A stretch of DNA of 64,000 nucleotides. Origin: Thermoplasmata archaeon. GTDB lineage: Archaea > Thermoplasmatota > Thermoplasmata > GCA-020350865. Shown in pieces: positions 24,992-35,500 of the stretch. How positions within the stretch are numbered: position 1 is the stretch's first letter; every line of letters begins with the position of its first letter. The notes beneath the pieces were generated by a model. That model saw nothing but the letters and a program-made list of their open reading frames with translations, was not told where the DNA came from and searched no databases. The stretch is taken from the NCBI GenBank assembly GCA_020348445.1, contig CP070751.1, forward strand, positions 5,081,187-5,145,186. The letters are read 5' to 3'. A program made the translations under genes and the position numbers.

Positions 24992-27900
24992 TCAGCTGTC
25001 CACTCTCAAGGCCAATTTTTTCTTGGCCGAGGATTTTTTCTTAAAAAGTGTGCCGCACATGGGGCATTTTCCAATTCTCTCTCCGCAAGCCTCATGATAT
25101 GTGTTGCCGCAATTGCATTCTATTACCATGAATCCTGGTTTTATCTTGCCGTTGCAGGCATAGCATTTATAGCCTTTTTCCGCCTTGATTTTCTTGTATG
25201 GTGGTGCTTTTTCCGGCGATTTTCCCAGGGTGACTTCATGGGATAATTGAGCTTCACATACTTTGCCATCGAAGATTCTGGAAAATGTGGTGTTTAAATA
25301 GAAATTCAGATCGCCGGAGGCGACGGCCTTTATTTTTAGAGGAATCTCCAATTTATCCCTTGCTTTTAGAATTTTTATACCTTCAAGGCCCTGTATTTCG
25401 AAGTCCTCCCCCTTCTTGATAAATTGCACATCCTTTGCAACCGATTTGCCAGTGTTGGAAAGTACCAAAGTAATCTCATACCATTTATCCTTCTCCTCAA
25501 CATCACTTAAATCGATCTCAAGCGAGACATTCGGGCTGAAAGGTTCCAATTCGGTTTCCAAGGCTGTCTCTGCCTTTTTGAGGATCTCAAGGGCCAAATC
25601 GGGCTTGTTTTCGCTGAGCTCCTGTGCTTCCCTTAGTAATTTCTCAGCCGATTTCGTGTTCATTCCGCTTTTACTGATACGCATAAGTTTCCCTGCCAAC
25701 TCAGAAATCAAATCCTCCACATCTTTGTCGGGTTTTGGTATCTGTTTCTCTTCTTCCTCCAACTCCTTTTTCTTCTCCTCGATCTCTTCGGATAGGGGAG
25801 GCGCGGGAGGTTCCTCGGCGGCTATCTCAGAGGGTTCTTCCAATACCTCCTCGACAGCTGTCTCTTTGACCTTTGGAGCTCCTGGCTCTATTGTCTCCAT
25901 CTGGTCCATCAATTTTCGTATGTATTTAGCAGCATCGAGATATTCCTTGCTTTCAAGGTGGGATTCCCCGCTCTTTAATATCGCCATCACTTCGGTTAGG
26001 TCCATTCCCTTTTTCTTGGCCTTCGTCAATCTTGCCTTTGCGGAGGAAAGTTTTTCAAACAGGTTTTTAGTAATCTCTCTCTCAATGAGCCTCTTGCAGT
26101 TTTCCGTGAATACCGCCACCTGAGCGTATGACTCCTCCTCCAAGGCGGCCTTTGCCTCGTCTAACATGTTGTTGGCTCTCGTAACATTCACACCCAATTC
26201 CGAGGCGGTTTTTATAAGCTGCTCGCAATTCTCAATGGGTATTGAAAGATGTCCTACATAGGATCGCTTCGCCTCCCTGATGGTTTCTTTTGCGAACTTC
26301 ATAGAAGTTGTGAATTTCTTTTCCTCAAACGCCTTTTTGGCAACACCATAGAGCTCCCTAGCCTTTTTCACATCAACACCGACATCGTCACTCTCGTTCA
26401 CCCTTGCTAAAGCTGCATGAAGGGTCGTGGAGGCTCGTTCGTACTCCTCTGTGGTTTCCGAAAGCACTATTCCGCTTTCCAATGCAAACTCAAGGGCCTT
26501 CACATATTCAAGGTTCTTTAGGGCGGTGGCTGCCTTTATCAACAGCTTCCTCACATTGTCCGCTCCAATGCCCTTTTTCTCAGCCTCCTTCAATTTTGCA
26601 GCGGTAACGGCGATGATTTCAGCTGCCATCTTCTTTTGAAGATCTACCTTCTCAACCTCGCTTTCGCTCTGCATGGCGAGCCTCAATGCCTCATTGTAAT
26701 CTTCATCGGCAAGTGCGATTCTTGCCTCCTCCAGTAATTTCTCAGCTTTGGAAACATCCATTCCTTCGGATTTGGACTTGTTAATAATGGACTGAAACGA
26801 TGATATTGCCTCAGAAACCTTCAGCTCTTTAGCCTTTTTTGCCAGCCTTATGCATTTTTTACCCAATTCTATGGAAGCGAGATACTCGTTGTTCTTTAAC
26901 TCAGAAAATGCCTTTTCGAGCAATTTCCTTGCCTCGCTTACATCGGCCTTTAAACTCTCTGCCTCTTGGATATAATTACCTGCTAGATTGATGATATTCG
27001 CAGTTCTTTGGCTCTCGTCCCTGATCTCTTCGATCTCACCCAGGCTATGGGATGCGTATTTTGCCGCCTTTTCGTACCTATGCAGCTCCAAGGCCTCCTC
27101 GGCCTTTTGGTAAAGGACCTCTACAGTTAGAACATCCAGACCGATTTTCTTAGCCTCTATTATCATGGAGTATGCGTTTGATAACATATCTGAAATCTTT
27201 ACATTGCAAAGCTCCTCGGCCCTCTCGGCGGTTTTTTGAGCGGAGTTAAGGGCATTTTCGAATTGCTCGTTGTTCATATATATGACCGTCTTTTTGAGTT
27301 GGAGTTCTGCATCTGAAGTATCCATTTCAAGGTTTTTTGCGATTTCAATGCATTCCTTGCCAAATTCCATTTTTTCGTTAATGGAATGCACCAAGGTGAG
27401 CTGGGTTACCTCGTTTGTACACTCCTCTACCAGGTCAGAGACAGCTTTAAAACTACCTGCGGAAAGAGATTTTTCTGCCTCCACTAATTTCTTCATTGGG
27501 GACGACATATCTATGTCGTGTTTCGTAGCCTCCTCTATCTTGGATTTCAATGCAATTATCGTTGCTGTTAGCTCTTCATGTTCTCCAATAAATGAGAGTG
27601 TTTCCTCTTTACTCTTGGTCATGATATAATATGCTTCCCGGAAATTCCTCCTCGCTATAGCCTCATTTGCCCCTCTTAGCCTTTCATTCATCTCAGAAAC
27701 ATCCATTCCATATTCTTTTGCCCTGTTGATGTTTTCCAATATGCTCGAGGCTAAATCGGTAACTATGGTTTTCTGTTGGTCAATTACCATCTCTAAGATA
27801 TTATTGGATTGGGTCAAAGCTTCAGAGAATTTTTTTTCCTCGTATAGTGATTTCGCCTTACTCAGCATTTCTTCGACTTGTGGAATGTCACCTTTCATGT

Positions 27901-29713
27901 CTCTTAAAGACGCCATTGTGACTTCGGCCTTTTCAATTGAAGACTTTACATATTCATTGACAGCCTTCTTACATTCAATAACAAATCCATAGGCTTCATC
28001 GTAATTATCCTGATCCAACACTGCGCCAGCATTTGCTAGTAAATTCATACAATTGGTCTTTCCCTCTCCTTCTTCGAGAGAATTAACCACATATGTAAGA
28101 TCCACTATCTCCTTGGTGACACCTTTTTTTAATGCATCTCCTGCTTCTTCTTTGATTTTGTTGGCGAGTTCAATTGCCTTGTTGTAATCCTCAGCTTTTA
28201 GGGCAACATTTGCCTGATTCAGGTATTCCCTCACGTGCTTTACATTAGAATCCGTCTTTTCGCCCAATGATACTATTTCCTCAGATTTCTTGATTATATC
28301 AAATGTATGATCGTACATTCCCTGCTCTATTTTTTCCCTGCATTGGGATATGAGATTCATGGCTTTTTTATAGTCCTTGGAATCGAATGCTCCCTTTGCC
28401 TCCTTCATAAGATCTGTGATCCGTATGGTGTCCACTCCTATCTTCGCGGCTCTCGATATGGCCTGTGTTATGAGTTGCAGCTCTTCCTTCGCACCTTCAT
28501 AATTACTGATCAATTTATTTATTGTAGCTTCACCTTTTCTTGCATATTCCATTGCTTCGACGAATTTCTTCTCTTTTAAGGAACTTCTTGCCATGTCCAA
28601 ATATTTCACGGATTCCGAAAGGTTCGCGCCAATGTTTTTGGCGGTGATGAACTTCGGTCTGGAGAGAGAAATCGTTTTCAATACACATTGAAATTGAGCG
28701 TTCTCCACCTCTTCATATATCTGATTGGAATAATCATAAACTTCGTCAAAATTCTTCGATTTGAATGCATCCTTTGCTTTATTGAACAGAAGTTGGGCCT
28801 TTGTAACCTCAGCATTTATGGCCTTTCCCTCCCTGATGGTCTCTTCACACTGTCTTATGATCTTCGTGCTCGCCCTTCCCACGAGTTTATCTGCTTCACT
28901 TTGGCTCTTGTTAATCAGATTTATTGCCTGTTCAAAATCCTGGGAATCCAAGGCAGTTTGAGCGTTATCATAAAGCTCTTGGGCCTTCTTAACGTCCGCT
29001 TCCATTCTCCTTGCCAGTTCTATGGTTACCATGGCATTTTCTATGAGCTTTGATATTTCATCCTCTGCAAGCTTACCGGCCTGCTGCATTCCCTCGCTAA
29101 TGAATCTCCAGGCATGTTCATAATCGCTTTTATCTGTGTACTCCCTGGCTTTATTAAGATGTGTTTCCACCTCTGATGCGTCTTGTCCGATTTTCTTGAC
29201 CATGACGATAAGGGATTGAGCTTTTGTAAATGTTTTTGAAACCTGTTCATTAAGGAGTTTATCAACAACCTCCCATCCTTTTTCCGCATGTCCCAGAGCC
29301 TCTTCGTATTTTCCTTCTGTAACGGCTTCATTTGATTTTGCCAGTGGTTCATCCAGGTTTGGAGCTTCCACACCCATCTCCCTTGCCAATTTGATGAGGT
29401 TCTTTGTGGAATCAATTACCATTAAAACATGTTCTTTAAGGGCGTTTTCTGCTATTGACTTGCTCTCCTGAGCAAGTTCGGATGCTGACTTGAATTCCTT
29501 TTGCGCCAAAGCGCTGGTCGCTTCTGTTAGTTTTGCCTCGGCCTTAGCGACGTTGGCATCCATGTTTTTTGCGGCCTTAATCAGTTCCTCAGCCACTGCT
29601 ATCTCTTTTTCGGCCAACTTGCGGAACTTCGTGGCCTCTTGCGCTTTCTTCTCAAGTTGTTTTGTCAGTTGAAGCGCTTTTAGATAGTTGGATGCCAATA
29701 TTCGCGCCCCCAT
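24992..29713 (-). CDS. Giant alpha-helical repeat protein with C-terminal CARDB/Ig-like domain and C4HC3 RING/PHD-like zinc finger
   Basis: Recurrent GxDVxxAxxxLxxAxxA...YxxA helical units over ~1270 aa, a Pro/Glu linker, an Ig-like segment (ITLVLSNTGKSVAKDV) and terminal CYAC...CNC...HEAC...CPMC. Confidence 0.85.
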   Translation of the reverse strand: MGARILASNYLKALQLTKQLEKKAQEATKFRKLAEKEIAVAEELIKAAKNMDANVAKAEAKLTEATSALAQKEFKSASELAQESKSIAENALKEHVLMVIDSTKNLIKLAREMGVEAPNLDEPLAKSNEAVTEGKYEEALGHAEKGWEVVDKLLNEQVSKTFTKAQSLIVMVKKIGQDASEVETHLNKAREYTDKSDYEHAWRFISEGMQQAGKLAEDEISKLIENAMVTIELARRMEADVKKAQELYDNAQTALDSQDFEQAINLINKSQSEADKLVGRASTKIIRQCEETIREGKAINAEVTKAQLLFNKAKDAFKSKNFDEVYDYSNQIYEEVENAQFQCVLKTISLSRPKFITAKNIGANLSESVKYLDMARSSLKEKKFVEAMEYARKGEATINKLISNYEGAKEELQLITQAISRAAKIGVDTIRITDLMKEAKGAFDSKDYKKAMNLISQCREKIEQGMYDHTFDIIKKSEEIVSLGEKTDSNVKHVREYLNQANVALKAEDYNKAIELANKIKEEAGDALKKGVTKEIVDLTYVVNSLEEGEGKTNCMNLLANAGAVLDQDNYDEAYGFVIECKKAVNEYVKSSIEKAEVTMASLRDMKGDIPQVEEMLSKAKSLYEEKKFSEALTQSNNILEMVIDQQKTIVTDLASSILENINRAKEYGMDVSEMNERLRGANEAIARRNFREAYYIMTKSKEETLSFIGEHEELTATIIALKSKIEEATKHDIDMSSPMKKLVEAEKSLSAGSFKAVSDLVEECTNEVTQLTLVHSINEKMEFGKECIEIAKNLEMDTSDAELQLKKTVIYMNNEQFENALNSAQKTAERAEELCNVKISDMLSNAYSMIIEAKKIGLDVLTVEVLYQKAEEALELHRYEKAAKYASHSLGEIEEIRDESQRTANIINLAGNYIQEAESLKADVSEARKLLEKAFSELKNNEYLASIELGKKCIRLAKKAKELKVSEAISSFQSIINKSKSEGMDVSKAEKLLEEARIALADEDYNEALRLAMQSESEVEKVDLQKKMAAEIIAVTAAKLKEAEKKGIGADNVRKLLIKAATALKNLEYVKALEFALESGIVLSETTEEYERASTTLHAALARVNESDDVGVDVKKARELYGVAKKAFEEKKFTTSMKFAKETIREAKRSYVGHLSIPIENCEQLIKTASELGVNVTRANNMLDEAKAALEEESYAQVAVFTENCKRLIEREITKNLFEKLSSAKARLTKAKKKGMDLTEVMAILKSGESHLESKEYLDAAKYIRKLMDQMETIEPGAPKVKETAVEEVLEEPSEIAAEEPPAPPLSEEIEEKKKELEEEEKQIPKPDKDVEDLISELAGKLMRISKSGMNTKSAEKLLREAQELSENKPDLALEILKKAETALETELEPFSPNVSLEIDLSDVEEKDKWYEITLVLSNTGKSVAKDVQFIKKGEDFEIQGLEGIKILKARDKLEIPLKIKAVASGDLNFYLNTTFSRIFDGKVCEAQLSHEVTLGKSPEKAPPYKKIKAEKGYKCYACNGKIKPGFMVIECNCGNTYHEACGERIGKCPMCGTLFKKKSSAKKKLALRVDS

Positions 29714-30025
29714 TTACCTATACGGGCTTTCCCTATATTACTCTATTTATTCATTGATATAAGGTTATTTTTATCTATATAAAGCATTTAGGCTCCTTAT
29801 TACACTCTTTGTTCAACATCGTTTTGTTTTTTCGGTTTTTTTCAACGAGCATTCAGCCCCTACCAGAATTCTCTGGCATCGAAGACAGCGAGATAACTGT
29901 CTCTCCAATACCCACCTTTTGCGTGTGTCATAATTTGTTTGGTTCTTCTACCATAATTAACATTATTTTAGTGGAATATAAATATTTTGGTTGGGAAAAA
30001 CCTCGATAAAACCCCGAAAAGCCCC

Positions 30026-30982
30026 TTAAAAACCACCTTTCAACCTCTCAATACAAATATTGAGCATCGCCTCGACATCACCTATTCCCGCAAGTCCTGC
30101 CGCCCCATCATGTCCACCTCCGTCACACCCATTTTCTTTTCCGATCTCATCCATCAGGTTACCGAGATGCAAACCTTCCTTAATAATGGCCGAAGTTGCC
30201 CTTGCGCTTATCCTGAATTCATTTTCCCTTTGTGAGCCGACAAATGCGCAATCGGCTCCCAATGAAAGCAATGTACCACATACACTGGATTCAAAAGATC
30301 CTACCTGGGATACTGCAACAATGTATCTACCCACCTTTGTATATCTCATTCTCTGTGCACCTTTTAATCTTGATATCCTTTTTGAGTAGTCTGTTTCGTG
30401 CTCCTCCTCAAATACAGAGAGGACATCATCCATACTGATTCCGCTTGCTTCCATTATCTTGGCAAATGTTGTTAATGTGCTTGCTTTCGCATAGCTGAAT
30501 TTCCCAGTATCTGTTAATATACCTGCAAGTAGAGCTAGTCCGATTTTTGAAGTTATCTTTTTTTCGGCGAGCTTTAGGATTTCGTAAACGATCTCTCCAC
30601 AGGATGCCACATTTTCATCGATATAACAGAGTTCGGTTTCCCAAGCATGGGTCTTGAGGTGATGGTCAATTACGATGAGATTACTTAGATTTTCTCCGTA
30701 CTCTCCCAATCTTTCAGGTGAGGGTGTATCAACCGCGATAATCGTGTTGAAAATCGATATATCCGGATGTTCAATAACCTCCACATCCAGGTTTTTTTGA
30801 AGGTTCTTGCCGTTCTTGCTCAAACCCCCTGCAGATCCGATGGTAATCTCAGGAAAAGCCAAGCTCAAAGCCACTGCGCAACCTAAGGCATCTGGGTCGG
30901 CATTCACATGCAAAAGGACGCATTTCTTTTCCTTGCTTGCTAGTTTCTTTATGATCTTCTCGAGAAGGGATTTTTGATCCAT
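30026..30982 (-). CDS. DHH/DHHA1-family phosphoesterase
   Basis: HVNADPDA, VDT, IDHH, LTDTG and GGGH motifs. Confidence 0.92.
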   Translation of the reverse strand: MDQKSLLEKIIKKLASKEKKCVLLHVNADPDALGCAVALSLAFPEITIGSAGGLSKNGKNLQKNLDVEVIEHPDISIFNTIIAVDTPSPERLGEYGENLSNLIVIDHHLKTHAWETELCYIDENVASCGEIVYEILKLAEKKITSKIGLALLAGILTDTGKFSYAKASTLTTFAKIMEASGISMDDVLSVFEEEHETDYSKRISRLKGAQRMRYTKVGRYIVAVSQVGSFESSVCGTLLSLGADCAFVGSQRENEFRISARATSAIIKEGLHLGNLMDEIGKENGCDGGGHDGAAGLAGIGDVEAMLNICIERLKGGF

Positions 30983-31059
30983 TTAAAATGGTACATACCT
31001 AGGTCTATTAAAAAGTGAGGTTTGCTATCGTATATCTATTCAACGGAGGATGAAGAAAC

Positions 31060-32442
31060 TCATAGTCGCTTCTTATGCCTTGTCTTCCTTGAAAATACTC
31101 TTGCAGATGGAATGCATATGGCACCTACAAATATCAAGGCTCCTGAGGCACAAAGTCCTCCTTCTTCCTCTTCTTCAGCAGGAGGTTCTCCAAAATAAGC
31201 GGTGTAAACAGGATCATGCTCGACCCTGTATCCTTGCCAGCCTGGGAAGGAGACGGCATACCACAATCTTGCAGTGTGTGCGTAATTGAGCCACCATTTC
31301 CCTCTGAGGTCCTTGGGACTGGAGTACTCGTCTTGAATGTTCTCACTCAAGGCATATGAGAGAAGAGAAAAAAGCCCGGCTGAAAAACCCAGTTGCCAAC
31401 CAACAAGTATCAAGTCACCCAATTTGGCCTGTAGAAGGATATTGTAGGCATCCTGGTCATCGCGGATATTCGTGTAAGGTGTTGTACTTTCATCTTTTAG
31501 GTCAAAGGTGCCCCTATATCCGATTTCAAATGCTCTATCATTCTCATCCCCCACCTGGATACTGATATTTTCAGCAGCAATTGGATCCATCCCTGTTTGG
31601 ATTTCATGACCTGTTTTGTTGGTAAACTCATACCAAGAAGCAAATACAGATACATAATGAACTGCACTGATTCCCCAATCCTCATTTAAAATTTCTCGGG
31701 GTTCATAATCTTTGCCAAATATTTTGATCAACTCCACCTGGCCAATGGTATAATATGTTTCAGTTTTAACTTCACCTGTATCTTCGTCGATCGTTACATC
31801 GTACATCACCGAAAATTCACTGAATCTGGCATGCAATAACGGTAGGGCAAAGGATGCCCAGAATGCAAAGTGATTGCTGTGGTTGGCCACGATAATCTTT
31901 GCAAACAAATTTGTGTACGTTATGCCAAACCTATAATGGCCTTCATCTACCTTTTCCACCTCATGCACGATGGTGTTTGGGGAATAACTTCCATTTGCAT
32001 TGCCTAGGCCGTAAGGAATAATGTAGTAAACGGGTTCATTACCCGGGTCCTGTATGTGGTTACCATTTGTATCATTGTACGCCATCAAGAACGCGAATAT
32101 CGCCCCTATGAACACCTCTCTTTTTTCGGGTGTATAGTAATGCATTCCAAGTAATTGATATGGTAAAACACCTTTTCCGCCTTTTGGTCCCGTGATATTC
32201 TCCAAGGCTACCAGGAAGACCTGTACATCAGCAAAATTAACGTAAGACACAGAAAATGTGGCAGTGCCATTATCTGTCCCATCAGAAACAGAGGAGGTCC
32301 AATACTCATCCTTAAACGATTTTCCAAGTATATCCTCCTCATCCCCCTCTTCCCAATTATCAAATCCCGATGCAGAAGAGGAGGGGGCAAGCAAAAGTCC
32401 AGCAATCATCATACAAAAAAGTTTCAGAACCATGTTCTTCAT
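31060..32442 (-). CDS. Hypothetical exported protein with C-terminal membrane anchor
   Basis: Signal peptide MKNMVLKLFCMMIAGLLLAPSSSA. Acidic linker, then GGLC, a hydrophobic stretch and a basic tail. GAGGTG RBS. Confidence 0.8.
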   Translation of the reverse strand: MKNMVLKLFCMMIAGLLLAPSSSASGFDNWEEGDEEDILGKSFKDEYWTSSVSDGTDNGTATFSVSYVNFADVQVFLVALENITGPKGGKGVLPYQLLGMHYYTPEKREVFIGAIFAFLMAYNDTNGNHIQDPGNEPVYYIIPYGLGNANGSYSPNTIVHEVEKVDEGHYRFGITYTNLFAKIIVANHSNHFAFWASFALPLLHARFSEFSVMYDVTIDEDTGEVKTETYYTIGQVELIKIFGKDYEPREILNEDWGISAVHYVSVFASWYEFTNKTGHEIQTGMDPIAAENISIQVGDENDRAFEIGYRGTFDLKDESTTPYTNIRDDQDAYNILLQAKLGDLILVGWQLGFSAGLFSLLSYALSENIQDEYSSPKDLRGKWWLNYAHTARLWYAVSFPGWQGYRVEHDPVYTAYFGEPPAEEEEEGGLCASGALIFVGAICIPSARVFSRKTRHKKRL

Positions 32443-32577
32443 GAGTTCACCTCGGAATGCTATACACTGATTGTATAAAAATATATCCGCTCCAAGCCGT
32501 TAATTTGATAATGGATATTCATTTATAAAATGTTCAGGCACCACCTAAAGCTCTATATCTGAGTATATTCTCTGAAA

Positions 32578-35500
32578 CTAGAAGTCTTCATCATCCGGAG
32601 GAGGGGGCTCCTCGTCCTCATCATCTGGAGGAGGGGGCTCTTCATCCTCATCATCTGGGGGAGGTGGTTCCTCCTCTTCCTCTTCTTCAGCTTTAAAGGG
32701 CGCTTCTTCCTCTTTTTCTGAACCTTTTGATGGTTCTGCCTTATCTTTTGTTACTCTTAAGATAGCTTTCTTCTTTCTCGGGGGGGGTGGGATTCTATTG
32801 TTGGAAAGTCTTTGTTCCTGCAAGGCAATACGCAACGCTTTCTCCTCGTAAGTAAGCTCCTTTTCCTTTGGTTTCCTCCGAATCAAAAATAAGATCAACA
32901 GCAAAACGATGATGATAATTGGGATCACCAAGAGCAGAACCCACGGGGATTCTTCTTCAGGGGAAGATCCAGTTTCCGTGGTACCATGGGCCTCTTGCGA
33001 ATGCGGTGATTCATTGCCAGCCTCATCAACGGCTATTATTCTATAATAATATGAAGCACCAGGTTCAAGGCCGGAATCTGTGAAGGATGTCTCATCCCTA
33101 CTGGCATTTGTGACATTTATCCATGGACCATCGGGACTTGTGGCGCGCTGAATGATATAGTGGTCCATATCGGATTCTGTATTGGGAGTCCATGTGATCT
33201 CGATTTTATCTTTACCCAATACCTTTAAAGTGGGTTGAATCGGTGCGTCGGGTGGGGGGTCATCAATGGGTGCCAATACAGTTATTATTCCCGTAGAGTC
33301 GGAAAGTTGCGCTGAATAGAAAGCAGTAATTTTACATATGCCATCTTCAGATAGCTCTTGTGCAGTGAAGTTGGTCCAGATACCAAAGGATGTTACCAGA
33401 CCCACAGTAACATCATCACTGGACCAAAAAACCTCAACATCATATAGAAACTTAGCAGTGTCATTATAGGCCGCTGCATAGAATTGGTCGGTTTCCCCTG
33501 CTGAGTACCACCTGGAGGTGGTGATATTCCCCTCGCCTTTTTCAGCATCTCTTATTATAATCTCGTCTATCATTGGTTTTAAAACCGTAAGGTATCCTGT
33601 TGAGTTTTTGATGCCCAAATAAGAAGCATTCACAATACAAATCAAATCCCTCTGCACAAGCTGGGCAATGAATTTCGGTTGTATCGTACTTATATCCATT
33701 ATGCCCACATTTTCATCGCTGCTCTCCCATGTGGCATCGACATCGCTAATATAGCCTGCTGTATTGTTATATGCTGCAGCATAGAAGGATTCCTGTTGAT
33801 AGACTATATATGTCCTATCCCCAACAGGTTTTCCAGAATCATCGGGCTCGCTACGGATTATAATTTTATCCACTGTTGGTTGACTAACAGTGTATTGAAC
33901 ACCAAATGTTTTTTCTTCGAAATTCGCCAAGAGCCATACGATACCTGGGATTTTCCCGACATTTATCCCATTGAGTACTGTAGGTGCCCCGATAAATACT
34001 GTTGATGTACCTCCGAAAGTACTCCATGTGGCGGCAACTGAATCTATAAAGCCCACCGAATCATTATATGCGGAACAGTTGCCCCACTCCCGAAATCCCA
34101 CTGGAACGACACCACCTTCAAGGGCTGCTCCACCGGGAACATCGGTTATTTTAATAAAGTCCACAGTGGGTGGACTAACCAGATACTGGACACTGTCAGT
34201 TGCCCCATCGAAGCTAGCGTTGAACCAAACTGTCCCATCAGTTGTACCCAGATCGATACCATTTAAATGAGCAGGGCTTATCCCAAGAAGTGTTGATGCC
34301 TGACCTTCTGCAGTCCAGTCCGCATTCACAGTTCCTATGAAACCAGCTGTATTGTTGTATGAAGAGCAGTTTCCCCACTCTCGAATACCAAGGGGCATAA
34401 TACCACCTGGAAGGGGTGTGCCATTGGGAACATCGGTTATCTCGATGTAATCCACTAAAGGAGGAGATACTGTGAACTGGATGCTGTAAGAACGTCCCCC
34501 ATAACTTGCATTGAACCAGACTATCCCTTGAATGATTCCAACATCTATACCATTAAAGGTCCCTGGTGTCGAATCTAAAAGTGATGATGTGCCTCCCTCT
34601 GCTGTCCATTGTGCATTCACAACACCGATGTATCCAACTGTATCATTGAACGCGGAGCAGTGGCCCCATATCCTTTCACCCACCAAAACTGTGCCCCCCA
34701 AAACCGGATTTCCATTTGGAATATCAGTTATTTCTATGACATCAGGTGTGGGGGGGATTATATCGTATCGGATACTGTAAGTGAATGTTGTGTAGCTTGC
34801 GTTGAGCCATACCGATTCTAGGATCAAACCCACATCGACACCGTTGGAACTCGATGGTGTCACATTTAAAAGGGATGATCCCCCGCCCTCAACAGTCCAG
34901 GAAGCCGTAACATGGCCGACATATCCGTGGGTGATATTGTAAGCAGAGCAATTGCCCCATTCCCTGTGACCCAAAGGAACAGAGCCTCCCAAAAGAGGGG
35001 TCCCGTTGGGGACATCTGTAATCTGGATGTAGTCTATTGTTGCGAAAATCACCTCATACTGTACACTATCATTGTATCCCCCCCAACTGGCGTTGAACCA
35101 AACAGGACCTTCGATTGTGCCAACATCGATTCCATTTAAGACGGCAGGAGTGGCCCCAAGAAGCAAGGAGTTACCTCCCTTCGCAGTCCAGGTTGCATCC
35201 AAAACACCAATAAAATCTGCTGTATCATTATATCCAGAACAGTTACCCCATTCCTGAAAACCAAAGGACACCAAACTGCCAACAAGCTGAGTCCCGTCTG
35301 GAATATCAGTTATCTCGATATAATCCACAGTGGGCGGGGATACATTGTATAAAACGCTGTCTGAATGTCCATTGTAACTTACATTGAACCATACGTCTCC
35401 TCCTACAATGCCCACCTGGATTGCATTTGTAATCTCTGGAGTAGGTCCAAATAATGATGAAGTTCCACCCTCTGCCTTCCAATCTCCACTCCCTGTTCGT

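Noticed and set aside
29714-30025. Short hairpins (CCAGAATTCTCTGG, AGACAG..CTGTCT) and small ORFs in the intergenic gap
   Set aside because: The stems are only 5-6 bp, no ncRNA family was recognised, and the ORFs lack starts with an RBS or any motif.
32461-32477. TATACA-N5-TGTATA inverted repeat upstream of the 460-aa gene, resembling the XRE palindrome
   Set aside because: The spacer differs (5 nt versus 2 nt) and it overlaps an AT-rich TATA region, so chance similarity is likely.
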